From: an uncultured delta proteobacterium
Lineage (GTDB): Bacteria > Desulfobacterota > Binatia > UBA9968
Length of the DNA stretch: 64,000 bases
Assembly: GCA_963727625.1 (NCBI GenBank)
Contig: CAVSHR010000004.1
Location: 864,001-928,000, forward strand
Direction of reading: 5' to 3'
Shown: piece by piece, positions 10,050 through 20,294 of the stretch
Layout of the letters: each line of letters starts with the position of its first letter
Position numbering within the stretch: position 1 is the stretch's first letter
The notes under the pieces: model-generated
What the model was told of the DNA's origin: nothing
What the model saw: only the letters and a program-made list of their open reading frames with translations
Databases searched by the model: none
Made by a program: the position numbers and the translations under genes

Positions 10050-10055
10050 ATTTTT

Positions 10056-11504
10056 ATGCCTTTCAACGACCTACGAGAGTTTATTGAAGCCGCGCGTAAT
10101 ATCGGACAAGTCAAGGAAATCCACGGTGCGGATTGGAATCTCGAAATCGGCGCCTTGACCGAGCTGTTCGCCTTCAAAGAGCCTTCGCCGCTGGTTCTGT
10201 TCGACAAGATACCCGGCTATCCCGCCGGGTTTCGCGTGGCGTCGAATCTGGTCAACACGCCTGCGCGCTCGAGTTTGACGGTGGGTATGCCGGCCGATGC
10301 CAAACCCATCGAACTCATCGCCAAGTGGAAAGAACTATTAAAGGGCGTAAAGCCGATCCCACCGCGCGTGGTCTCCAGCGGACCGATCCTGGAGAACGTC
10401 AAATCCGGAGCCGGCATCGATATGACCGCTTTTCCGACCCCGCACTGGCATGAGCTGGACGGCGGGCGCTACATCGGCACGGCCGATTGCGTCATCACCG
10501 GCGAGCCGGAAGAAGGCGGCTGGGTCAACGTCGGCATCTATCGCGTTCAGGTACACGACAAAAACACCCTCGGCCTTTACGTTTCTCCCGGCCATCACGC
10601 GCGCATCATGCGTGAGAAATACTGGGAGAAAGGCCAGAGCTGTCCGGTGGCAGTAACCTTCGGCCAGGACCCGCTACTGTTTTTGGTCGCCGGCCAGTCG
10701 ATTCCTTACGGCATGTCGGAGTTCGATTATTGCGGCGGTCTGCGCGGCGCGCCCATCGACGTGATCCGCGGTGAGGTTACCGGCTTGCCGATTCCTGCGA
10801 CCGCGGAGATCGCCATCGAAGGCGAAATCCCGCCGCCCAAGCATCAAGTCCACTTGGAGGGTCCCTTCGGTGAGTGGCCAGGTTACTACGCTCATGGTGC
10901 GGCAAACGAGCCGGTGATTCGGGTCAAGAAGGTTTATTATCGCAACGAGCCGATTTTATGCGGTGCACCGCCGCTGAAACCACCGTTCGTCACCTTCGGC
11001 GTGCCCATCGGCGCCGCGGCGATTTGGAACTATTTGGACAAAGCCGACGTCCCGGATATCAAAGGCGTTTGGTGTTCGATCGGAAGTTCTGCGGCCGCGG
11101 GGGGCGCTCCGTTCATCATCGTATCGCTAAAACAACGCTATCACGGTCATGCGCAGCAAGCCGGCATCGCCGCGCTCGGTTCACGCGCCGGAAATTACCA
11201 CGGTCGCTTCGTCATCGTCGTCGACGATGACATCGACCCTTCGGACATGAAAGACGTGATCTGGGCGGTATCGACGCGCTGCGACCCCAAGACCGCCATC
11301 ACCATCATCGACGGCTGCTGGAGCACGCCGCTCGACCCGGCGATGCATCCCGACCAGCGTGACGCCGGCAACTTCGTCAACAGCCGGGCGATTCTCAATG
11401 CCTGCCGACCCTATGCTTGGCGCGACCGCTTTCCACCGGTCAATGCCTTGAGTCCCGAGCTCAAGCAGAAAATCACCGCGAAGTGGGAAAAAGAGCTTTT
11501 CTGA
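10056..11504 (+). CDS. UbiD-family prFMN-dependent (de)carboxylase #1
   Basis: DLREFI, DGGRYIGT, NVGIYR, EGPFGEWPGYY and VIVVDDDIDP motifs. Confidence 0.92.
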   Translation: MPFNDLREFIEAARNIGQVKEIHGADWNLEIGALTELFAFKEPSPLVLFDKIPGYPAGFRVASNLVNTPARSSLTVGMPADAKPIELIAKWKELLKGVKPIPPRVVSSGPILENVKSGAGIDMTAFPTPHWHELDGGRYIGTADCVITGEPEEGGWVNVGIYRVQVHDKNTLGLYVSPGHHARIMREKYWEKGQSCPVAVTFGQDPLLFLVAGQSIPYGMSEFDYCGGLRGAPIDVIRGEVTGLPIPATAEIAIEGEIPPPKHQVHLEGPFGEWPGYYAHGAANEPVIRVKKVYYRNEPILCGAPPLKPPFVTFGVPIGAAAIWNYLDKADVPDIKGVWCSIGSSAAAGGAPFIIVSLKQRYHGHAQQAGIAALGSRAGNYHGRFVIVVDDDIDPSDMKDVIWAVSTRCDPKTAITIIDGCWSTPLDPAMHPDQRDAGNFVNSRAILNACRPYAWRDRFPPVNALSPELKQKITAKWEKELF

Positions 11505-11582
11505 AAGTCCCGAATCGGACACACAATACGCCGCCTAACCGGCGTAATTGCTTCGGTATCGCTAACGTGGCACCATGCAGCG

Positions 11583-12212
11583 ATGGACTTCCTCTGGGAT
11601 CTGTTTCATAAAATCTACGATGTGGAATCGCTGGTCCGGGTGGGCGGCTTAGTCGGGCTTTCGGCCATCGTCTTCACCGAAACCGGCTTGCTGCTCGGTT
11701 TCTTCTTGCCCGGCGATTCTCTGCTGGTGACCGCGGGACTCTTCGCCGCGCGCGGCGATCTGCAACTTAGCTCTCTGCTGGTCGCCCTGAGCTTGGCGGC
11801 GATCATCGGCGACACCGTTGGTTACAACATCGGCGCGCGCACCGGGCCGAAGCTCTTTACCCGGCAGGATTCCCTGCTTTTTAACCGCAAGCACCTGATC
11901 ACAACGAAGGAGTTTTACGAACGCCACGGCCCCTTCACCATCGTGATTGCCCGCTTCGTGCCGATCTTGAGAACCTTTGCACCCGTGGTCGCCGGCATCG
12001 GCGCCATGGAATATCGGCGCTTTCTCGCCTACAACGTCGTCGGCGGCGTCGGTTGGGTCTTCCTTACCGCGCTCGGCGGCTATTTTCTCGGCCAGATGGT
12101 TCCGAACATCCACGATCACCTGCATAAAGTCATCGCCATCGTTATCGTGCTGTCACTCCTCCCCGCAATCATCAAACTGGGGCGCGAAAAGCTCAAATCC
12201 CTGGAACGCTAA
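11583..12212 (+). CDS. dedA: DedA family membrane protein
   Basis: ETGLLLGFFLPGDSLL, GDTVGY and ARFVPILRTFAP motifs. Confidence 0.93.
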   Translation: MDFLWDLFHKIYDVESLVRVGGLVGLSAIVFTETGLLLGFFLPGDSLLVTAGLFAARGDLQLSSLLVALSLAAIIGDTVGYNIGARTGPKLFTRQDSLLFNRKHLITTKEFYERHGPFTIVIARFVPILRTFAPVVAGIGAMEYRRFLAYNVVGGVGWVFLTALGGYFLGQMVPNIHDHLHKVIAIVIVLSLLPAIIKLGREKLKSLER

Positions 12213-12230
12213 TCAATCATCGGCGGCACT

Positions 12231-12605
12231 TCAAGCGCCGACCCGTCTTATCCGTACCGATCCTTCGTCCACCGCTTGCGGCCGTGCAATCGATTTGGCC
12301 TGCATCTTTGCCATGATACCGCGCCGAAGGTAACTCGGCTCGAAGTCTAAAATCCCACAGACGTTTAGAAATGAGAATGGATCCTTCTCGTCCTGAGCGA
12401 ACAGCCACTCATGGGCCTCGCCGAAAAGCTTGGCGCGCATGGGAACCGGGTCGTCAAGATACTTCAAGACGCACTCGATCGCGTCGGTGAGAATCGCCAG
12501 CATGAGCTCCTGCTCGGGCTCAAGATTCTTGCTGCGACTGAAAATTTCCAGATACTGCTCCGGTGCGATAATATCGCTTTCAAACAGCTTGCCCGGATTT
12601 TCCAT
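12231..12605 (-). CDS. Hypothetical small helical protein
   Basis: GGGGG RBS before ATG 12605; protein-like sequence (EPEQELMLAILTDAIEC...FSFLNVCGILDFEPSYLRRG). Confidence 0.7.
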   Translation of the reverse strand: MENPGKLFESDIIAPEQYLEIFSRSKNLEPEQELMLAILTDAIECVLKYLDDPVPMRAKLFGEAHEWLFAQDEKDPFSFLNVCGILDFEPSYLRRGIMAKMQAKSIARPQAVDEGSVRIRRVGA

Positions 12606-12794
12606 ACTTCCCCCTTCGAAAGAACTATCCGTCAAGGCAATCGTGTCGGATCGAGATGAGGACAACTCCACGCCTTAAAATCCTTGACAGGCCACGCAGC
12701 GATCGCCGAAACCAATCGAAAAACCGAAACCGCTGGAATAATGAAGTGTCGGGCGACGCGGTTCCGGTAGAAAAGAACCAAAGGGAGAGAAGTG

Positions 12795-13136
12795 CTAAAT
12801 CCGATAAACTTCTTTGAAACGAAATAGATCGCGAAAGATTTGTCGAGAACTGGCGACGCCATCGCAATCCGCCATTTTCGCCGGGGCGAATCTAATTGTT
12901 CGCTGGGTCGTGTCCAGCATCAATTTGGCGATGACCTTTTGGCGCGGCGACCAGTTGATCGACCGGCTGGGAAAGCCGTTGTCGCCGGAATCGTCGAGCG
13001 AGTCGCGGGATATGAACGACGTTTCGAATTCGAATACGGCGGCAAAGCTCCCCTGCGCCGTCTCCGCAAAGGTATCGAAGGTCGCCGCACCCAGCAGCAG
13101 GGCGCACATCAGCGCGCCGAGAAAACGCCTCACCAT
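12795..13136 (-). CDS. Hypothetical exported protein
   Basis: Signal-peptide-like N-terminus; co-directional with its neighbours. Confidence 0.45.
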   Translation of the reverse strand: MVRRFLGALMCALLLGAATFDTFAETAQGSFAAVFEFETSFISRDSLDDSGDNGFPSRSINWSPRQKVIAKLMLDTTQRTIRFAPAKMADCDGVASSRQIFRDLFRFKEVYRI

Positions 13137-13170
13137 GGTCGCGAGATCCTAGTCGCTGATGGCGCGTTTG

Positions 13171-14454
13171 TCAACGATTTTCGCCGGTTTGCCCTGTTAA
13201 GGAAACTCTGTCCGGGGTTATGGGGTCATCGGCCCGGGCATCATCGAGCGACGCAACTACTTCTTCAAAGACGGCCTCTGGCGCGATCGCCATTAAACAA
13301 CGATTTTCCCGGCAGGGTGATTTTTTCCCGTTGTAGACAGAAACACAGGGGCTACACGCAAAATTGCTGTACATGTCTCTATGTTTGTCGCCGATGGGGC
13401 TGTAAAGACGCGGCGTTTCCGGGCCGAACAACACCACGGTTGGCAATCGCAGTAAAGACGCGAAATGCGCAGGACCGCTGTCGTTCGTTACCATGATCGC
13501 CGAAAGCGAATAGAGCGCGAGCAATTCACGAAAGCTCGTCTTGCCGGTGAAATCGACGCAGCGCGAACGATCCACGTGTTCCAACAGGTAACGCGCGTCT
13601 TCCTGTTCCGATGAGATACCAGTAATCACCAGTGCGCACTGAGGTATTTTCTCTAGTAACAGACCGCACAATTGCGCGTAGTAGTTAAGCGGCCATTTTC
13701 TCAAGGGAAAAATGTCGGATGAATTCGGGTTAATGAGTATGACAGGACGGCTATCCAGTTTTATGCCGGCTGAAAATAATTTGTCACGGACGCGTTCCAA
13801 CTCGGCGGCTTCCGGTTGATACACTGGCACGGACCATTCTGCGGGATTTATCGCGGCGCGATAATAAGGCTCATCGTTCCGTTTTTCGAATAGGCTGCGT
13901 ACCAATGCGGAGAAAGCGGCGCTCGTGTGAATGTGCGGCGAATAGAGCACCCTGTGTGTAAGGAGATCGCCACGATAAAGCCCTTCGTCGTTGTACCTGT
14001 GAAATCCGACGCGATTGCCACGGCATACGACAAAACTCATTAACGCCGTGAGACGGCTGAATAGATCCATATCGATTACCGTGTCGAAACGCGCTCTAAA
14101 TAGGCGCAGTACCCCACTCAAGCCGCTCGACAGCAATTTCCCCGGCGTACTATAATCGATGGTGATGAGATTTTCGGTCGGCCCGAGTTTCAAAATTTCC
14201 ATGATCGCCGCGTTCTTCGCGAACACTAGAAAGTGAAGGTTAACATTCGGGCAACGCTGCTTAAGTTCCGCCAAGGCCGGGTACGCCAACACCGTGCTTC
14301 CCATCTCTGAGAGTTTAACTACTAAAACCTTATGCGGCTTGGGCAGTGGCGATGTTCCGCGGAACCAATGGTAAATGCGACGGCTACAGGATAAGAACCA
14401 ACACAGTGGAATCCCGAAGTAACGGTCGATCCGCCTTAACGTATCGATCTGCAC
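13171..14454 (-). CDS. Glycosyltransferase family 9 (heptosyltransferase-like)
   Basis: VVKLSEMGS, LRKWP, TGKTS, VTNDSGPAHFA and VLFGPE motifs. Confidence 0.9.
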   Translation of the reverse strand: MQIDTLRRIDRYFGIPLCWFLSCSRRIYHWFRGTSPLPKPHKVLVVKLSEMGSTVLAYPALAELKQRCPNVNLHFLVFAKNAAIMEILKLGPTENLITIDYSTPGKLLSSGLSGVLRLFRARFDTVIDMDLFSRLTALMSFVVCRGNRVGFHRYNDEGLYRGDLLTHRVLYSPHIHTSAAFSALVRSLFEKRNDEPYYRAAINPAEWSVPVYQPEAAELERVRDKLFSAGIKLDSRPVILINPNSSDIFPLRKWPLNYYAQLCGLLLEKIPQCALVITGISSEQEDARYLLEHVDRSRCVDFTGKTSFRELLALYSLSAIMVTNDSGPAHFASLLRLPTVVLFGPETPRLYSPIGDKHRDMYSNFACSPCVSVYNGKKSPCRENRCLMAIAPEAVFEEVVASLDDARADDPITPDRVSLTGQTGENR

Positions 14455-14470
14455 GGATTTAGACCATCCC

Positions 14471-16510
14471 TCATTGTCGTTTATTCGCGGGTGTTAAGAA
14501 GGTTCGGCGACCGGAGTTTACCATACTTGAAATATTATCCGGCTTTTCCGAAAGACCGCGGTAACCATAGCCCATGCGCCAATAAAAATTACCAAGTTTT
14601 CGATCATTTATCTCCAGCCCTTCCGCGAAAACATCACCGGTTGCGTCAAAATACCGCGACAACCTCGGATCGGCGAGTCTCTTACGATCCAAATCGACCA
14701 TCAAAAAGTTCCTCCCAATCACCCTCGAAGCAGGAAGCCAAAATGCCCACATCAGGCTTCGGCCGCCGAATAAATGGGGCCCGCCTGTATTGAAAGCTGC
14801 GTCATTATCCACAAAATCGTAGAAACTCAACAGACTTGAAATAAAGTTCCGGTCCATTCCAACGATAACCGGTTTAGTTTTCGTCTCAGACTGGACGGAT
14901 TTGCTTATAGTCGCCACCTTCTCACCGAGTTGCCGCCATGGCCCAAAAAGACGTTTCGTTGAGATGGGACCTGCGCCCGGTAAACCCAACGCGATATAAT
15001 AAAAAGCTGCGCCATGGATGATAAGGAGACCGATGATGGTTGGCATCCACGTTCGTCGAATCAATTTCGTCATCGACCCAGCGATCTCGCGCGGATGGGG
15101 CACCATGTCCCAGGCGACCAAGGGGATCACCGCAAGCCAGACCGGTGCAGTCCAGTTGAGCTTGATCTGATGGCGCAGACTGAAAAACACAAATACAGCG
15201 AACGGCGTTAGGGTGAAAATAAGTACCCAAAGGTAGCGCCGTCTCTCGGTGGAGCGCTGATTGGAGTCTGTCACCCATGTCACGCTCCGAGGCCAGAGAA
15301 CCTTTACCATGCCAAATAACGCTGTCGGAGTTAATAAAAGAAACAATGAGCCGATGAGAACGTGAAGATAGAACTTAGAACGACCCTCCCAACGATCCGA
15401 GCCCTGAAACACAAAAGACACCCAATCGTGTTTCATGTTCCAGACGAGAACGGGGGCGAAAATCGCGAGAGCGATCATGGCCGCAAGGTACGGCTCAGGC
15501 CGGCGCAACCATCGGCGGGATTGCCGGTCGACGAGCACAAAAATTAACGTTCCCAGCCCGAGAAGCGCAATGGTGTATTTTGACAGGAGTCCGAGTCCCA
15601 TGCAGACACCAAGTCCCCACCAGGCTTTCCGATTCTGGCCGAGCAGGACACGCTCCAAGAAATAAAGACAGCCGGCCCAGGCGGCGTACAGAGGCGCGTC
15701 CGGTGTCATGAAGAAGCCGAGTCCGAAATAAATCGGCAAAACAGCCAAGAGTAAGATCACCCGGAAGGCGGTTGTCCGGTCAAAGAAATTCAGTGTCAAG
15801 CGGAACATGAAGAGGGCGGCAATAATCCAGCAGATAAAAGCCGGTAGCCGGACCGAAAGCTCAGATTTGCCAAGTACCGAGGTAAAAAGCCAGATCGACC
15901 ACGCAACCATCGGCGGATGATCCAGATAACTCAGATCCAAATGCTGGGCGTAATTCCAGTAATACGCCTCCTCAGGGATCAAGTTAATGACTCCCATGAA
16001 CACTAGCTTCAGCACCAAAGCATAAACCAAGACAACCGTCGTAATAAAACGCCAGTGGGCTGCCGACATTTCAATCGACCATTTCTCAGGAACAGCGCAA
16101 AGGGATGTGCCGATGAATAGCACGGCAGCACCGGTAAGAATCGCAACCCAAATGGCCGCCTGCGGTTGCCAGTGCCAGGTACTGATCAATAGCGATAGAA
16201 CTGCGCTCCGAAGAAACAAGGATATTAAACACACCGTCAGGAATCGTGAATAAAGTCTCCATGAATGCGCTCCGCCAAACCCTTCTGTGTAGGCAAGACC
16301 TGCGCGTATGACCAATGTGAAAAAGACCACTGCCCCCAACAAAAAACTTGTTATCTGAGACAAATCTATGTTGCCACCCTCGGCAATGAGTACTCGAAAG
16401 ATGACTAGATCGATGACCAAACTTAGGAGGTAACAGGCCGCAAACCGCTTGCTGATTTGGCGGCTCATTTGTCGAATTAGAATCGTCGCTGTCGCACCGG
16501 TCTCATTCAT
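14471..16510 (-). CDS. GtrA-like domain fused to a GT39/ArnT-type (PMT_2) membrane glycosyltransferase
   Basis: N-terminal four-TM GtrA-like segment, then PEEAYYWNYAQHLDLSYLDHPPM, TPDAP and LSKYT motifs. Confidence 0.82.
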   Translation of the reverse strand: MNETGATATILIRQMSRQISKRFAACYLLSLVIDLVIFRVLIAEGGNIDLSQITSFLLGAVVFFTLVIRAGLAYTEGFGGAHSWRLYSRFLTVCLISLFLRSAVLSLLISTWHWQPQAAIWVAILTGAAVLFIGTSLCAVPEKWSIEMSAAHWRFITTVVLVYALVLKLVFMGVINLIPEEAYYWNYAQHLDLSYLDHPPMVAWSIWLFTSVLGKSELSVRLPAFICWIIAALFMFRLTLNFFDRTTAFRVILLLAVLPIYFGLGFFMTPDAPLYAAWAGCLYFLERVLLGQNRKAWWGLGVCMGLGLLSKYTIALLGLGTLIFVLVDRQSRRWLRRPEPYLAAMIALAIFAPVLVWNMKHDWVSFVFQGSDRWEGRSKFYLHVLIGSLFLLLTPTALFGMVKVLWPRSVTWVTDSNQRSTERRRYLWVLIFTLTPFAVFVFFSLRHQIKLNWTAPVWLAVIPLVAWDMVPHPREIAGSMTKLIRRTWMPTIIGLLIIHGAAFYYIALGLPGAGPISTKRLFGPWRQLGEKVATISKSVQSETKTKPVIVGMDRNFISSLLSFYDFVDNDAAFNTGGPHLFGGRSLMWAFWLPASRVIGRNFLMVDLDRKRLADPRLSRYFDATGDVFAEGLEINDRKLGNFYWRMGYGYRGLSEKPDNISSMVNSGRRTFLTPANKRQ

Positions 16511-17353
16511 TGACTTCCCCTGCTCTTTTTCGCACTCCGTGAGTCTTCGTTGAAGGTCTCTCAAGAATATTTTAGTTTCTCAGCCGGTGGACAAATCCGC
16601 GAAGGAAATCGTAATGAGTTACCGGATAACGAGTACGTAGATCTTGATAATCTACAAATCGGCAGGATCGCGATCACGAGATAAGCCGAGAAGAAGGTCT
16701 CCAAATATGCTACTCAGTTTCGTTTATATCTTTCCTCGGTTTTCGGCTCGGTCGGTGTGTGTCGTAACGGCTAGACAAGCCGTCTGCTACGTTAGCCGTG
16801 TGGCCCCCTTCGGTCATTCCCTTGGCGCTGGTTATCTGCGTTGCCGCGCTTGCCCTCCTCTGGCAATACACTCTGATCCTGCCAACATGCTCGCATCGAG
16901 AGCGGCCTGAGACGACTTTCGGCTAATTGATAGTTGTAAATGCCGTAGTTTTCGTTTCCCCATCGATATCCAGCGACTTGCATCATGTCGTCCGATCTGA
17001 CCGCACCATACAAGGCATTAAGACCGCAAACGGTTCATCTCATGGTACACGAGCGATTAAAAATTCCAAGTAACGGATCTCAGTCGGTCATTTTTATGCG
17101 GGACTGCGAGCCCCTCTATCGCTGACCTTTGATTTGTCACTGCTTTTCGCCGGTTTCACCGAAATGCGTCGTGACCAGCGGGGGGAGTCACCGAAACTGC
17201 ATCAAGCGGCGCCTCGCGCCGCACCATTTGTCCTTGGGCGGATGTCGTTTGGAAACGCTCTCCGGCCGTAATTTTGAGACATGCCGCGATGCGAGCAGGG
17301 TTTCCGTCAAACCGCAGGATGATCAGCGGGCAATTCTGGTTTAAATAAGCGGG

Positions 17354-18421
17354 TCAGGTGGTAGACGGCATACGAAACGGAATTCCATCTTTCTTCAATT
17401 CCGCTTCGTAAATTGCGCGAATCTCGGGCGGCTCGTCTTGATGTTCGAGCAGATGGCCGCCTTCATGTTCGCTCAGATTGGGCCGCCAAGGATGGCCCAC
17501 TTGGCGCAAGCCGCGGCGCAGCGCCAGGTGGCGCGCCGCCTCTTTGCTCGTCGTAAAATGATGGTGATACCAGCCTTCCGGCGGCACCAATAGACTGCCG
17601 GGTTTCCAGTTTACGCGGACCATCTCCTGCTCTTTGCCCGGATACCACATCAGCGAATAGCCCTTGCCGGCGATAACGATCACCTGCGCCCCCGGACCGT
17701 GGCGGTGAGCCTTCTTATAAGTGCCCGATTCCACCGCCATGATATGGCCGACCATCGAGTTACCAGAGAGATGAATTCCCAGACGGCTAAAGCCGATGCC
17801 GCGCTCAGGGTGCGGGTCGAGGGTAACCGCGTTCAAATCGGGGATAAAATTAACCACCCGGTCTTCCTGCTCGCCAGGTTTCATCGCGCTGCTGAAAAAA
17901 TCTTTTTGCCCGGAATAACGATCGGTAAACGCGTAAGGTACCGTAAAGACAAAATCCGCGGAGTTATAAACATTCATGATGAGCGGCAGGTTATTCGCCG
18001 TGGCCAGGCGCACCGGCTCCGTCGCCGAGCCGTTGTGATGCTGGTGCCGGACGTTGAGCGGCGGCGAGAACAGACTGCCGGGCTGCCATTCGAGAGTGCT
18101 CGGCTCGCTATTATCGTCGCTCCAGAACTGCGTAGCGCCCCGTCCGGAAAGAATCAGAACCTGTTCCTCGTACATATGACGGATCGACTTGAGGCTCTTC
18201 CCAGGCGGAATCTCGGCGATCAGCACGCCGACGAACCCTTGCGAGCCTTCGAGATGACAATAGGCGGCCGGTCCGCCCCAGCGAGCCCAATGTTTGAGCG
18301 GTGCGGTCTTCAAATCGTCCACGCCATAGCCGCCGATAACCGATAACCCGTCTTTTTCACAAAATTCTAAAAACGCCGATTTGCGCGCGTATCTCTTTGC
18401 CGAGGCCTCGTCTAGGGGCAT
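17354..18421 (-). CDS. Bicupin protein, gentisate 1,2-dioxygenase-like #1
   Basis: RHMYEE..GRG, LFSPPLN, KAHRHGPG and WYHHHF motifs. Confidence 0.8.
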   Translation of the reverse strand: MPLDEASAKRYARKSAFLEFCEKDGLSVIGGYGVDDLKTAPLKHWARWGGPAAYCHLEGSQGFVGVLIAEIPPGKSLKSIRHMYEEQVLILSGRGATQFWSDDNSEPSTLEWQPGSLFSPPLNVRHQHHNGSATEPVRLATANNLPLIMNVYNSADFVFTVPYAFTDRYSGQKDFFSSAMKPGEQEDRVVNFIPDLNAVTLDPHPERGIGFSRLGIHLSGNSMVGHIMAVESGTYKKAHRHGPGAQVIVIAGKGYSLMWYPGKEQEMVRVNWKPGSLLVPPEGWYHHHFTTSKEAARHLALRRGLRQVGHPWRPNLSEHEGGHLLEHQDEPPEIRAIYEAELKKDGIPFRMPSTT

Positions 18422-18501
18422 GCTTTCACCTCTTTCGAATTGAATTCGATAAATTCATGACTGTCGGATTCGCGCCGAAAAAAGATGGTGATTTATCGCG
18501 C

Positions 18502-20250
18502 TCACTCGCGCACACCGACCTGTCCGCCCAGGGCGCGCGCGAACAGCGCCGCGCCCACCACCAAAGCTACGATGATGACCGCGACTACGGTAGCCTTTTC
18601 GAACTCCGCACCGGCGGCGAAATCCAGCATCAAGAGCGACAGAGTACGCGACTTTCCCGAGCCGAGCAGCACCACCGTGCTGATATCGCGGGCGGCAGAG
18701 ATAAAGCCGACAAGACCAACGGTGATCAGCGCCGGCATGGCCAGCGGCAGGATCACTCGCCTGAAGGTGTGAAACCAAGTCCCGCCGCAGACTTTCGATG
18801 CCTCCTCGAGATCGCTGCCGAGCTGGATCAACACACCTTTGATCATCTGCGTTCCGAAGGGCATGCTCTTGATTACCATCGCGATCATCAGCAGGTAGAT
18901 GGTTCCGTAGATCGGCAAAAAAATTCGGGTTTGCAAAAAAGTCCAGAGCAGCGCAATGCCGAGCAGAATTCCCGGAATCGACCAGGGCAGCCAGGAAAGA
19001 AAGTCGAGCAGCCAGCGGCCCGCGTAGCGGGTCTTGACGATCACATAGGCGATCAGCGCGAAGAGGAAAACCCCGATGACACCGGAGCCGATGCCGATCG
19101 CCAGCGTGTTCCACAATGAGCGCAGCAGCACCGGGTCGTTCAAGGTCGCGCGCCAATTATCCAGGGTCCAGGGCTCGGCGATGTGGAAGAAACCGAAGAG
19201 TTTCATGAATGTGCCGACCAGCAACAGCGCGGTTGGCACCAGCGTGACGATCAGGGCGAACGACAAAATCAGCGCGAAGGCTGGATAGCGCCAGCGCCCT
19301 AGCTGCGTCGGGCGGATGCTGAAACCGCGCCCGGTCACCGTCTCGTAATTTCGCTGAGCGATAAAGCGGCGCTGCAATGCGACCATGATCAACAGAATGC
19401 CGAGAAAAACCGTGCTCAACGCCATCGCCGGCGCAAACTGGGGCGGCTCCCAGGTCACCAGCTCGTGGATCTTCGTCGAATAAACCTGCAAGCCGATCGG
19501 CGTGCCGAGCAAGAGCTCTATTTCGAAAGCCTCCAGCGATCGAATGATGCCGAGAATTGTCGTCACCAGGATTGCCGGCATCATCACCGGGATCACGATG
19601 TGAAAAAGCGTCCGCCAGCCGCTGGCGCCAGAAATCTTTGATGCCTCCTCGAAAGCCGCATCGAGGTTGCGGAAGGCCGGCGCCAACAGCATCACTTTGA
19701 TGGCGATGGTGCCGCCCATATGCGCCCAGACGATGCCCCAAAAAGAATAGATATTGAACACCGGCTGGCTGACAATGCCGAGACCGATCAATGCCTGGTT
19801 GAGCAGACCGTATTTCGGGTCGAGCAACAGAATCCAACCCATCGCTTCCGGCAAGGCCGGCAGAAAAAATGACAGCCAGAAAAAAAACTCCAACGTCCCC
19901 TTCATAGGGATGTCGGTGCGCGCAATTAGCCAGGCAAAAAAAACGCCGACCAACAGGGCGATGGACTGCCGCACGATCGCCAGCGTGAAGGTATTGGTGA
20001 TCGCTCTGACAATCCCCGGAGTAGTAAAAGCCTTGACCCATCCTTCCATGCCCCAGACAATCGGTTGGCCCGGACGCGCTGTCTGAAAGCTGTTGAGGAT
20101 CATCAAAAACAGCGGCGTTAACACGAGGAACCCGACGACGAGCAGCAGCGCGATCATGGGCAGCGACGGCAGCGACGGCGAGCGCCAGGAAAAAAATCCG
20201 GGTCGTTCGAAGCTTGCCACCGGTTCCATGGCTTGTGATTTTTCGCTCAT
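18502..20250 (-). CDS. ABC transporter permease, FbpB-like with two BPD_transp_1 domains
   Basis: About 12 TM helices; two EAA loops (EEASKISGAS, EEASKVCGG). Confidence 0.9.
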   Translation of the reverse strand: MSEKSQAMEPVASFERPGFFSWRSPSLPSLPMIALLLVVGFLVLTPLFLMILNSFQTARPGQPIVWGMEGWVKAFTTPGIVRAITNTFTLAIVRQSIALLVGVFFAWLIARTDIPMKGTLEFFFWLSFFLPALPEAMGWILLLDPKYGLLNQALIGLGIVSQPVFNIYSFWGIVWAHMGGTIAIKVMLLAPAFRNLDAAFEEASKISGASGWRTLFHIVIPVMMPAILVTTILGIIRSLEAFEIELLLGTPIGLQVYSTKIHELVTWEPPQFAPAMALSTVFLGILLIMVALQRRFIAQRNYETVTGRGFSIRPTQLGRWRYPAFALILSFALIVTLVPTALLLVGTFMKLFGFFHIAEPWTLDNWRATLNDPVLLRSLWNTLAIGIGSGVIGVFLFALIAYVIVKTRYAGRWLLDFLSWLPWSIPGILLGIALLWTFLQTRIFLPIYGTIYLLMIAMVIKSMPFGTQMIKGVLIQLGSDLEEASKVCGGTWFHTFRRVILPLAMPALITVGLVGFISAARDISTVVLLGSGKSRTLSLLMLDFAAGAEFEKATVVAVIIVALVVGAALFARALGGQVGVRE

Positions 20251-20294
20251 GACATGGCTTGGCTATCAGCGCTGATTTATACGGACGAATTGCG

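Noticed and set aside
16565-17350. Small ORFs or ncRNA in the long intergenic gap
   Set aside because: No recognisable motif, RBS-supported ORF or known RNA structure.
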